From NCBI GenBank assembly GCA_963787125.1, contig CAWBBV010000001.1:672001-736000 (forward strand): 64,000 nucleotides of DNA. Direction: 5' to 3'. Below are positions 1 to 8,741 of this stretch, one piece after another; positions within the stretch are counted from its first letter, which is position 1; each line of letters starts with the position of its first letter. The position numbers were made by a program, and so were the translations under genes. The DNA comes from an uncultured delta proteobacterium (lineage in GTDB: Bacteria; Desulfobacterota; Desulfuromonadia; Geobacterales; DSM-12255). Under the pieces are notes generated by a model. It made no database searches. It was not told the origin of the DNA and saw nothing but the letters and a program-made list of their open reading frames with translations.

Positions 1-151
1 CTCATTAAAGACAAAATCTCGTGACAAAAAAAGTAAGTGGTGCGGCGCAGACTGGCGCTTGAGCTGCCCGGACGCTGGCTGGTTGCGGGGGTAGCGATTG
101 TAACAAGAAATTTGCCTGCTCGTGCTGCTACTGTTGCAGAGTCGGTTTATA

Positions 152-161
152 GTTAAGGGGG
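152..161 (+). repeat. Left target-site duplication GTTAAGGGGG (partner at 1982-1991)
   Basis: Identical 10-mer immediately outside both inverted repeats. Confidence 0.85.
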
Positions 162-384
162 ATAGTGTCAAAAGTTTCATGAAAAGCCGGGATATTGAAA
201 TGGAAAGTACTCGAAAGTAAACGATGCCCTTCATCTGCATCTTTTCCGAGTCTGTCCAGACTGTGACTTCACTACTTTGTGGTTACTGGCTTGAATTTTG
301 GGCAAGCCACTCTGTGACCAGGCACGTGAGATAGTTGGTCAGATTAAAACAACAATCAGTAAATTGATCTTTGAAGACGGGAAG

Positions 385-1638
385 TCAGGCAGCTAGCGAG
401 AGGATCTTGGTCCATCTAGCCTGAATGGTCGGCAGTGCCTTCAACTCCTGCAAAGGCACCGGTGGTAGATATTTTAGCGACATGTGAGGCCTGAGGAAGT
501 TGTAGTGGGTCACAAACAGCGTAGTTAAAGATACCGCACCGTTTGTGCTGTTGAATCCTGCTGCTGGCCTTACATGATACTTGAAGGTTCTGTTGAGCCG
601 CTCAACGAGCTGCTTGAAGGATCTGTACTCTTCGGACTCGGCATCAAGGTTTTGGAGGCCAATAACCTTTTTGTGCTGAATCGTCTGGGAATCATCAGTC
701 TGGGCATTGATGAAATGAATGCCAGCTGGATAAGAAGGGTTTCCGTCGCTGACAAGGGTTATTTGCTGATCGGCAGAAGCAGTCCTGATGGCTTCATTCA
801 TAGCGATAATGGCAGGCTGAGTGCCCCTGTTATCGGCCACGTGATAGGCGGAGATTTTCAGGTTCTTTGCCGAGATAAAAAAGAAGACATAATGGTGCTT
901 GCCCAGGATCTTGATGTAGGTCTCATCACCTGCAGAGATATTATCGATATGGCCTTTATGCTTGAGATTGAATCGGTGGCAGTGCCAGGCGGCGCCAGCG
1001 GCATAATTGAGAACTGTCTGATGAGAAACCTTGATACAGAAGACTTCGCGCAGGATTTGAGCAGTTTTTCTGGCCGGAACGGCGAATGAAACATAGAAAG
1101 TCAGAATCAGGCCAAGCACGTTTTCGCTGTTATGGATTCTCGCCAGTTCGACCGGCGGTTTGTCCGGAGAAGAGAGTTCCAACTCTTCCGGTTTGTAGTG
1201 ATATTCGCGGTACTGGTAGTTGATTTTGAACTGAGAACTTTTCTTTTTCATCAGCTCTTTCTCGGCTTTATTGAGCTTGGCAAGCGCCTGGATACGGTGA
1301 GGACAGTTATCATTTGGGCACTTGTGGATGGTCACTTCCTTTTGCGACTTCCACCTGAAGAGAGCCAGCCCGCAATGGGGACAGAAGAGCTTTGACTTTC
1401 TGTTGGTTCTGAAGCGCTGTTGGAGTTGGAAGAGTTGAGAGCAAACCTTGCAGAGAACTTGAGAGCGCTTCTTTCCGTCGTTGAAGTAGAGATAAGTATT
1501 TGGCGCTCCGCAGCAGGGACAGGTGACATGCACTGGAACCGGTGATGAACCCGCCCGGAGCTTGACCGGAGCAAGAGACTTTCCGTGAAGTGTTTCGTAC
1601 TCAATCAGGAGTTGCCGGTAGTCTTTTTGATCGAGGTC
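385..1638 (-). CDS. Transposase OrfB: Cys-rich Zn-finger N-terminus plus DDE domain
   Basis: GDETYIK..GK..Y, VSDG, VERLNRTFK and YNFLRPH motifs; CPCC/CKVC/CPHC pairs; frame stays open upstream of the GTG at 1533 as far as the A8G tract at 1638-1646. Confidence 0.85.
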   Translation of the reverse strand, partial: DLDQKDYRQLLIEYETLHGKSLAPVKLRAGSSPVPVHVTCPCCGAPNTYLYFNDGKKRSQVLCKVCSQLFQLQQRFRTNRKSKLFCPHCGLALFRWKSQKEVTIHKCPNDNCPHRIQALAKLNKAEKELMKKKSSQFKINYQYREYHYKPEELELSSPDKPPVELARIHNSENVLGLILTFYVSFAVPARKTAQILREVFCIKVSHQTVLNYAAGAAWHCHRFNLKHKGHIDNISAGDETYIKILGKHHYVFFFISAKNLKISAYHVADNRGTQPAIIAMNEAIRTASADQQITLVSDGNPSYPAGIHFINAQTDDSQTIQHKKVIGLQNLDAESEEYRSFKQLVERLNRTFKYHVRPAAGFNSTNGAVSLTTLFVTHYNFLRPHMSLKYLPPVPLQELKALPTIQARWTKILSLAA

Positions 1639-1859
1639 TTTTTTTTAAACTTTGGGGGCTCAGTCAGTGGCGGCTTGGGATCGACAATAAAGTTTCTGTA
1701 GTTCGGATGTTTCTCTTTGAAATCGTCCTTTGGCTTAACTTCAGGATTACGATTTTCGAGGACATCTGACAACCCGACGACGATCTGTTCAATCTCGGTC
1801 TTTGTAAACTTGGAGCAAATCCAGACAACAAACCGGGCAGTTTTGGATAGGTACGACAT
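1605..1859 (-). CDS. IS OrfA, probable N-terminal part of a frameshift-fused transposase
   Basis: ATG preceded by GGAGG; overlaps OrfB, which lies in the -1 frame, across A AAA AAG. Confidence 0.75.
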   Translation of the reverse strand: MSYLSKTARFVVWICSKFTKTEIEQIVVGLSDVLENRNPEVKPKDDFKEKHPNYRNFIVDPKPPLTEPPKFKKKTSIKKTTGNS

Positions 1860-2007
1860 GAGCTAGCCCTCCATAACTGGCATTCTTAACCAGAATCACG
1901 GGGGGAGGCAAGACTTTGATTGGTAATGCATTGAAATTAGAACTGAAAAGCAAAAAGACATGTCAAGAAGTTTGACACAACGTTAAGGGGGAAAAGGAGA
2001 AAATCAT

Positions 2008-2790
2008 ATGTTGACAAAGCTTAAGACTGACTATCGGCAGATGTTTGAAGTTGAAATGGCGGTATTTCTTGTCGTGCTGGCGATCCTTGCCTGCACAGTT
2101 GCCATTGCCAATGCGGCGGAAATTCGGGTTGGCGGCGCAGCTGAAGCCTGTAACGGCATGTTTGCCGTGATCAAAGAGCAGGTACGGGATGAAATCGGCA
2201 CCAGTCTGCTGGTAAGCCCGAACTCCTCGGCACAGGCGTTACTTGACCTCGACCGGGGAAACATTGACATTGCCACCACCGACGTCCCGCTGGATAGCCT
2301 CATATCTGACCTGGAGAAAACAGGCTATCTGATTGTCCCGGAAAGCTTCCAGGTGCAGGGGATCGGTACCAACAGAATCCTGGTTTACCTTAACAAGGAG
2401 ATCAAGGTGACGGCACTCTCCCAGGGGCAGTTAAGCGATATTTTTACCGGGAAAATCTCCAACTGGAAGCAGCTGGGTGGTGATAACCGGAAAATTGTTG
2501 TTGTCTGGGGGGATAATACGCCTGACCAGAACCGACTGTTTCGCTGGTACGTTATCGGCACCGGGCCGATTGCCAAAACAGCAGTCAGGGCAATGGATCA
2601 ACAGGATATAATTGAACGTGTCAGTAAAACACCGGGCGCAATCGGCATTGCCTCCTATGTATACGCCAGCGGTAGAACCCGCAATCCGAAAACCCCATTT
2701 GTTTCGGCCAAGGTAATTGCCATAACCAAGGGCGCTCCCAGTGGCGAAGTCCAAAAGCTGCTGGAAGTGGTGAAATCCTATGATTATTGA
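2008..2790 (+). CDS. Periplasmic substrate-binding protein, PstS/PBP-like family
   Basis: Signal peptide; LSQGQLSDIFTGKISNWKQLGG and V..TPGAIG motifs. Confidence 0.8.
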   Translation: MLTKLKTDYRQMFEVEMAVFLVVLAILACTVAIANAAEIRVGGAAEACNGMFAVIKEQVRDEIGTSLLVSPNSSAQALLDLDRGNIDIATTDVPLDSLISDLEKTGYLIVPESFQVQGIGTNRILVYLNKEIKVTALSQGQLSDIFTGKISNWKQLGGDNRKIVVVWGDNTPDQNRLFRWYVIGTGPIAKTAVRAMDQQDIIERVSKTPGAIGIASYVYASGRTRNPKTPFVSAKVIAITKGAPSGEVQKLLEVVKSYDY

Positions 2791-2879
2791 GCGCGGTTAT
2801 TGTCGTAATAACTAGCTGAAAATTTGTTAGCAAAAGCATAAACTGAAACCCATGCAAACGGTTAGCAACTCAGACTTCA

Positions 2880-5450
2880 TTACATCCCAGCGCACTTTAC
2901 TCTTATCGCCTCAAAGTCCTTCCCTTTCGGCATGATGAAAAGGCATTTGCCGTTGCTCCGTTTTTCCCACAACTCGCCAAGTTTCCGTTTCTCATCATTC
3001 TCCGGCAAGATCCAGTCGCGGCTGTTTTTGTACTCAACCGCAAGGATTTTCCCGTTTTCAAGCTGGCAAAGAAAATCAGGATAAAAACGGTCACTGCCGG
3101 TTTGCAGTGAAAAGGACGTTTTCTTGCACTCGACGTTGCGGACCCAGAATTTTACCCCTTCAAGCTCCGTTGCCAGGAAGAGCGCACATTCGAATTCTTC
3201 CCCATCACCCTTCAGATTGCCAATCTGCGGGAAAAAGTGCTTGGGCAGCTCGGTAAAGCCGCAGTATATTGAGTCGTAAGCATAACGCCCGGCCTCAAAG
3301 ACAACCTGACTTCTGTCATTAACGGCAAATTCCTCGGGAGAGAGCAGCAGACATTGATGCACTTGCTGCATCGCCTGTCTTTTCCCCTCATTGATCTTTG
3401 TTTCCAAGGCGCTTCGCAGCCGGAACTTGGCATAAGCCAGCTCTTCCAGCGTAAAACCGCTCTGCGTCAGCCACTCAACACCCCTGTTCAAAAAGGCAGC
3501 TTTTTCGTCAGGCATAAGGTTTGCGTCATAGATATTTCCTTCCAGCCAGGAAACCAGCTGCACTTGATCCCAGCCGGAACGGTACTCGAACAGATAAGTT
3601 TCTGCCACACCCGGCGTAAAATTGATGAATTTCACCTTTTCTTTTTCCAGATACATTGTGCCGCCCTGGGGTGCCTGGTTTGCCTTGGTGAACGCTGACA
3701 GTTCGCTGGAATAGTCGAGCAGGCTCCATTCCCCTTGCAGCAGGTGGGTGGCTTCAAACGATTCCCATAGTTCCCCTTGGCGGAACTGCAACTGCGGCAC
3801 CTTGAACAGCTCGCCTTGTTCTGACGGTGTCTTTGGCGGTACCTTACGCGGTGAACGCAAGCGGGTTATGGCCTCCCGTACTGCCTGCTTTCCCTCCGGA
3901 GTCTGGAAAACCTCCTGCAAGGCTTTCACCTGGGGCTCGGTAAAAGAACCCTTCAGGGTGATGGAGCCGTTCTCCGGCGTGATCTCGATCTTTTTCAGCA
4001 GATTATCGGGAATATTCCCAGGCTCGGGCAGCTCCGGCGTGCTGTAGGTCAGGCTGGTCTGATGGCTGAAAAGGTCATCATCCAGTTCTTCATCCTGAAT
4101 ATTGATCAGCTCCTTTGTCTCCTGCCGCTCAAAACCGCTTCGCACCAAGCCATCCTTGAGACTCTCGACCGTGGCCGCAAAGTTGCTCGATGTCAAATAA
4201 GCATAGGCCATATTCAGGTCAGGGTGTTCATTGCGCTTTGCATAAGGAAGGCGCAGAATCCGCCCCAGCACCTGCTCTGCAGCCGTAGCCGAACTGGTGT
4301 TACGTAGCGAGCAGAGCACATAGGCAAAGGGGCAGTCCCACCCTTCACGTAACTTGTCCACAGTGATGATGAAACGGAACGGGCAATCCTCAGCTAGAAT
4401 ATTCTTTCCCGCTATCTCGTCCGTGGTGCCGGTGGCGATGGCGATTTCATGCGCCGGAATACTGAAGTCGTCCAGTAGCGCCTGCTTGACCCGTTCCGTC
4501 GTCAATGTTTCGTGGTCGGCGTCCTTGCGCTCCGCTTGCAACAGCATAATCGGCCTCAAGTAGTTGCCGCCCCCGGCCCGTTCAGCCTCTGCTGACACCT
4601 GCAACTTGTTCAGACGTCCAATCGCATCCCTCAGGGCGTCAAGCCAGTTGGGCCGCCGCACCAAAGTCAGTGGCATCTTGATCATATCTTCCGAATGCAG
4701 CACCGAGGCGGAGACACTGTAAAGCACGTTACTCGGCTGATAGGTGCGGTCCGGTGTCGCCGTCAGCTCCAGAATGGCGCATGGCTCAAAGCGGGCCAGG
4801 GTATCAAATGCCAGCAGAGTCCCTTGATTGTGGGCTTCATCGACGATGACAAACGGTTTGCGCAGTCGCAGCACATCTACCAGCGAACCGTTGCCGCGCA
4901 CGCTAGCGTCGCTGATCCCCTCGAAATGTTCCATCAGGCTGCCGTTCTGCTTATAGACGCTCAGGCGACCGGTCTCCTCCTGCTTGAATGCCTGCATGGT
5001 GGCGACAATGATCACATTGGAACCGTTCAGCAGATGCGGCGTCATCCGCAAGGCTTCCTCGATATCCAACACGGTCAACTCACCCAGCGCCGACGCCACC
5101 GACTGGCCGAGGATTGACGACTTGTCACGTAGAGCCTTCAAGGTCTGCTCGCGGATCGGTTCCGATGGCACCAGCCAGAGAGTCAGACTGCATGGGGAAT
5201 GCAGCAGACTGCGGTTCACCCGTTCGATAGCCATGCCTGCAACCAGAGTCTTGCCGCCACCAGTGGGGATGCGCAGGCAGACATACGGGACCGTTTCAAG
5301 ATTGCGCAAGGGCCGGTAGAAAAGCGCCATGCCCCGCCACTCCTTGGTGGTCTGGGCATAGCTTTCGCGGGGATAGCCGGTTTCGCGGCAACGTTTGAGG
5401 AACTTTTCAAACCATTCCAGCGCGTCAAACTGATATCTCTTCAGTATCAT
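2880..5450 (-). CDS. res: Type III restriction endonuclease Res subunit
   Basis: Walker A IPTGGGKT, DEAH box, LREGWDCP, QVLGRILR, C-terminal FYPDF...VEYK nuclease motif; overlaps mod by 4 bp. Confidence 0.9.
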   Translation of the reverse strand: MILKRYQFDALEWFEKFLKRCRETGYPRESYAQTTKEWRGMALFYRPLRNLETVPYVCLRIPTGGGKTLVAGMAIERVNRSLLHSPCSLTLWLVPSEPIREQTLKALRDKSSILGQSVASALGELTVLDIEEALRMTPHLLNGSNVIIVATMQAFKQEETGRLSVYKQNGSLMEHFEGISDASVRGNGSLVDVLRLRKPFVIVDEAHNQGTLLAFDTLARFEPCAILELTATPDRTYQPSNVLYSVSASVLHSEDMIKMPLTLVRRPNWLDALRDAIGRLNKLQVSAEAERAGGGNYLRPIMLLQAERKDADHETLTTERVKQALLDDFSIPAHEIAIATGTTDEIAGKNILAEDCPFRFIITVDKLREGWDCPFAYVLCSLRNTSSATAAEQVLGRILRLPYAKRNEHPDLNMAYAYLTSSNFAATVESLKDGLVRSGFERQETKELINIQDEELDDDLFSHQTSLTYSTPELPEPGNIPDNLLKKIEITPENGSITLKGSFTEPQVKALQEVFQTPEGKQAVREAITRLRSPRKVPPKTPSEQGELFKVPQLQFRQGELWESFEATHLLQGEWSLLDYSSELSAFTKANQAPQGGTMYLEKEKVKFINFTPGVAETYLFEYRSGWDQVQLVSWLEGNIYDANLMPDEKAAFLNRGVEWLTQSGFTLEELAYAKFRLRSALETKINEGKRQAMQQVHQCLLLSPEEFAVNDRSQVVFEAGRYAYDSIYCGFTELPKHFFPQIGNLKGDGEEFECALFLATELEGVKFWVRNVECKKTSFSLQTGSDRFYPDFLCQLENGKILAVEYKNSRDWILPENDEKRKLGELWEKRSNGKCLFIMPKGKDFEAIRVKCAGM

Positions 5451-7036
5451 GCAACCCCCACTTTCAGCTTGTATGGCAACTGCTTGAAGACAATCCCCTC
5501 GCGGCGCAGCCGCTCCTGATCAATGCGGCAAGCCGTGCCGTAGATGACCTTTGGCCCGGCGTGTCCGGGCAGCGCGGCCAAAATCATCGTGGTCAGCACA
5601 TTGCCCCCCTTTTGTGTCTTATCTTTGAGGATGCCGTTATAGAGGAGGTAGACCGCCGTGCCGTTGTGGATGCCGAGCAGCGGGCTATCCAAGGTGGCAG
5701 TGGCAGGCAGCGGTCCGCCGGTTTCGGTAAAATAGACATGCCGGGCGAGATCGGCAAATCGTACGGTGGAGCGGATGTTGCCCCGTTCGTCAAAGAGCGG
5801 TTCACCCAGTTCGCAGAAGCGGAAGCCGCCACCAAGAGCGGGAACTTTTTCGTAACCTTGAGATACCCGCAATAACCGTGTAGACGTAATGTTGCGGCAG
5901 ATGTTTTCGTCCATCTCAACTAGGATGAAGCGGCGGTTGCCACCGTCAGAGGCGTTCTGTGCCAGTACGGCGTGGCCGGTGGTGCCACTCCCGGCAAACG
6001 AATCAATAACAAGGGAATCCTTGTCAGTTGCAATCTGAAGTATGCGCTGAATCAATCGGGTAGGTTTGGGAGTATCGAAAACCTTGTCATCACCGCCCAA
6101 CAAATCTTTAATTTCCTGTTTTGCTTCTTGGCTATGACCAACCTCGCTATTTGCCCACCACGTCCATGGAGTAACTCCTGAAGACTCTTCAAGGAATGTC
6201 TTACGCCGAGGAACGCCATTACCGTCTTTTCCAAACCAAATACGATTATCCGCAATAAGTTCAAGAAAACCGCTCTCCACATTTTTCCAGCAATTGCCTG
6301 GTGGCGGAGCAACTTTTCTTCCTGAAGGTGTAACAATCTCGTACATTTGATTTGGCCTAAATCCTTGAGCTGCAAAATCAGTCGATACCCATGGGCCACG
6401 TGGGTCGTTGTCAGGGTTTTTAAACGTCGCACGCTGTTTTTCAGATTGTGGAATTTTATTCAAGTTCAAGTTTGTAATTGCTTTGCCATAGACAATTATA
6501 TGTTCATGTGCGTCGCTCAACATCAAACGTGCATCTGGTGAAGTTCTCTTCTGCCAAAGCACATTCGCAACAAAGTTATTCGCTCCGAAGATCTCATCCA
6601 ATAACATCCGCAAAAGATGCACCTCATTATCATCAATGCTGATAAAAATAGCTCCGTCATCCCGCAGAAACTCCCGCAGCAGCGCCAATCTTGGATACAT
6701 CATGCACAACCATTTGTCATGGCGCGACAGGTCTTCCGCTTCCTTCCCCACGGCTCTGCCCAGCCATTCGCGCATCTCGGGACTGTTGACGTTGTCGTTG
6801 TAGACCCAGCCCTCGTTGCCGGTGTTATATGGAGGATCGATATAGATGCACTTCACCTGCCCGGCGTAGTAGGGGAGCAATGCCTTGAGCGCCAGCAGAT
6901 TGTCTCCCTGCACCAGCAGGTTGCCGCTGCCTGGGTCGCCCACTGATAGCTCGGGGTTTTCCCTGAGCAGGTGAAACGGTACTTCGCGGTGATGGTTGAC
7001 AACGGCTTTTTTGCCTATCCAGTCGAGTTTGGGCAT
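5447..7036 (-). CDS. mod: Type III R-M DNA methyltransferase Mod subunit
   Basis: GDNL, YIDPPY (motif IV), TPKP..LI, DSFAGSGTT (motif I). Confidence 0.92.
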   Translation of the reverse strand: MPKLDWIGKKAVVNHHREVPFHLLRENPELSVGDPGSGNLLVQGDNLLALKALLPYYAGQVKCIYIDPPYNTGNEGWVYNDNVNSPEMREWLGRAVGKEAEDLSRHDKWLCMMYPRLALLREFLRDDGAIFISIDDNEVHLLRMLLDEIFGANNFVANVLWQKRTSPDARLMLSDAHEHIIVYGKAITNLNLNKIPQSEKQRATFKNPDNDPRGPWVSTDFAAQGFRPNQMYEIVTPSGRKVAPPPGNCWKNVESGFLELIADNRIWFGKDGNGVPRRKTFLEESSGVTPWTWWANSEVGHSQEAKQEIKDLLGGDDKVFDTPKPTRLIQRILQIATDKDSLVIDSFAGSGTTGHAVLAQNASDGGNRRFILVEMDENICRNITSTRLLRVSQGYEKVPALGGGFRFCELGEPLFDERGNIRSTVRFADLARHVYFTETGGPLPATATLDSPLLGIHNGTAVYLLYNGILKDKTQKGGNVLTTMILAALPGHAGPKVIYGTACRIDQERLRREGIVFKQLPYKLKVGVA

Positions 7037-7049
7037 GATCTCCTCATAT

Positions 7050-7082
7050 ACAAAAGGCCGCCCATGCAGGAACGGCCTTAGC
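7050..7082 (-). terminator. Putative intrinsic terminator after the HicA-like gene
   Basis: Minus strand AAGGCCG...CGGCCTT stem followed by a short T run. Confidence 0.4.
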
Positions 7083-7111
7083 TTTCAGTTACGTAGTTAT
7101 CCGAACAGCAG

Positions 7112-7396
7112 CTATAGAAGTTCTTGAGCGGCCAGCAGTTTTTCGTACCCCTGGCGGTCAAGTGGGCAATCGATCAACTCGATGAACTTCTGTTTGTTCA
7201 GCTTGCACTGCTTTGCCATTCTGCTCAGTAGTTCATCGGTAATAGTTTTCATCTTCGGGGTGTGGCTGGTTTTGGTGAAGGCCATTGTTTTCTTGCCGGT
7301 AGTTGCCCGGTAGCAAAAAAAATGGTGGTCGCCTTCCTGTAGTTCAAATCCCTTGGCGACTAGGCTCGTTTCTATCTGCCGCTTGTCACGCTGCAC
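7112..7396 (-). CDS. HicA-like toxin (putative mRNase)
   Basis: 94 aa, basic; L..KGF....GDH and SH motifs; C-terminal L..MAKQ.KL helix typical of HicA; overlaps upstream gene. Confidence 0.65.
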   Translation of the reverse strand: MQRDKRQIETSLVAKGFELQEGDHHFFCYRATTGKKTMAFTKTSHTPKMKTITDELLSRMAKQCKLNKQKFIELIDCPLDRQGYEKLLAAQELL

Positions 7397-8450
7397 CGGC
7401 TACCTCCCGCAGTGCGGCAAGCAGGCTTTGCTTGACGGCAAGCGCCGCTCCGGTTAACTCCTCATCGGCAGCCATGGCGTAGGTGTCCCATAAAAAAGCT
7501 ATCTGCTCTCTAAGCTCCAGATCAAGTTGATCGCGGGTATAGGCGTAGACGTCAATTCCCAGTTCCGGCATTTCAAGACAGTATAACTGCTGGGTCTCGT
7601 CAAGCTCCGGCGTCAACTCAAGCGGTTTGCTGAACTCAAATGTTCTGCCGGCATATTCGATTGTCTGGAGGTAAAAGGTGGAGAAGTCAACCTCTTCGAT
7701 ACTCTCCACATTGATGATCTTTTTCGGCAGGTCGTTTTCATCCATGATGACTTCCCCCGTGACCTGAATCAATTCACGGGGGCGTTCCAGCAACATCTCT
7801 TCGAGAGCTTCGCTGTAGGTGCATTCAAGCTCTCTGCTATTGGCCGGGTAGACGATTTTTATCTTTCGTTCATCAAACTGAATCTCCGACAAACGACCGG
7901 TGACGGTGCGCACCTGTCGTTCAGTATCAGCGGCAGTGGAAAGGCACGCTTTGCCACGCTCGTGCAGCGTGTCCAGCGAAACATGGAACGACCCGGTTGG
8001 TTGCGAAATCCCGGCCTTGATACCGCTCCCCATGCTGGGAGTCATGGCCCTTATTGCCTCGATAAAGCGGTCACGACGAGCACTGTCAGGTATTTTAGCG
8101 GTAAGCCCGGAAAGTTCGCCGCATGAGATAAAGGTGCAGCAATCCGAGAAGAGCTTGCCGACAGATTCGACATCGTTGATTGCAAACAAGGTAACGGTAG
8201 GGTCGCCGATCTCCACCGGCACGATATAACTTCCTGGTTTAGGGAGTGAACAGAGGAGAGGATATTTTGCTTCGACGTTTTTGCTTAGCCGTTCGCGGAG
8301 CCGCACGGAGATGTTTTCATGCTGCATGGCAAGCAGATGAACCGCTCGCTGCATAGCGCCAAGAACTTGAGTCAAGGTAGCAACGGGCAGCATCTGGCCG
8401 TCGGCGAATCGCCCCTCAAACTTTATTTCAAACTGCCGCTTGTCACTCAT
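7386..8450 (-). CDS. Hypothetical protein with C-terminal HicB-like domain
   Basis: C-terminal Y.LEMPELGIDVYAYTRDQL..EL.EQI resembles the HicB N-domain; coupled to the HicA-like ORF. Confidence 0.55.
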   Translation of the reverse strand: MSDKRQFEIKFEGRFADGQMLPVATLTQVLGAMQRAVHLLAMQHENISVRLRERLSKNVEAKYPLLCSLPKPGSYIVPVEIGDPTVTLFAINDVESVGKLFSDCCTFISCGELSGLTAKIPDSARRDRFIEAIRAMTPSMGSGIKAGISQPTGSFHVSLDTLHERGKACLSTAADTERQVRTVTGRLSEIQFDERKIKIVYPANSRELECTYSEALEEMLLERPRELIQVTGEVIMDENDLPKKIINVESIEEVDFSTFYLQTIEYAGRTFEFSKPLELTPELDETQQLYCLEMPELGIDVYAYTRDQLDLELREQIAFLWDTYAMAADEELTGAALAVKQSLLAALREVAGAA

Positions 8451-8741
8451 GAAAGCAAGCTCTCCAGATTAAATGCATTTAGTGGAGAATATTTCGCACA
8501 ACAAGAAGAAAATGTAAACAGTATTCTATGCTTATGAAGATATATACATCTTTATTTAGCTCTCATCGTTAGGCATTATTCGCTTTTACAAACAAGATGG
8601 CATTAATTTCAGGCAAACGTAAGGATCTGCTTGTGATCGGGCAAAAATCGGCAGGTTTTCCGCTAAACGCGAAAAATCTGCATAACAAGTTGAATGATAT
8701 CAGCCAACTAACAAAAATTCGGTGCACCGAACTTTTAATAA

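Larger units (their letters stand above)
162..1981 (-). mobile_element. Insertion sequence with DDE transposase (IS6/IS240-like catalytic domain; family uncertain)
   Basis: Imperfect terminal inverted repeats ATAGTGTCAAA (162-172) and TTTGACACAAC (1971-1981); flanking direct repeat GTTAAGGGGG at 152-161 and 1982-1991; encloses orfA (1605-1859) and the transposase ORF. Confidence 0.85.

Noticed and set aside
53..67. TGGCGC-N5-CTGC sigma-54-like site
   Set aside because: Imperfect match in GC-rich DNA with no supporting context
5447..7036. Phase-variable (phasevarion) mod gene
   Set aside because: No simple sequence repeat tract seen in or upstream of mod
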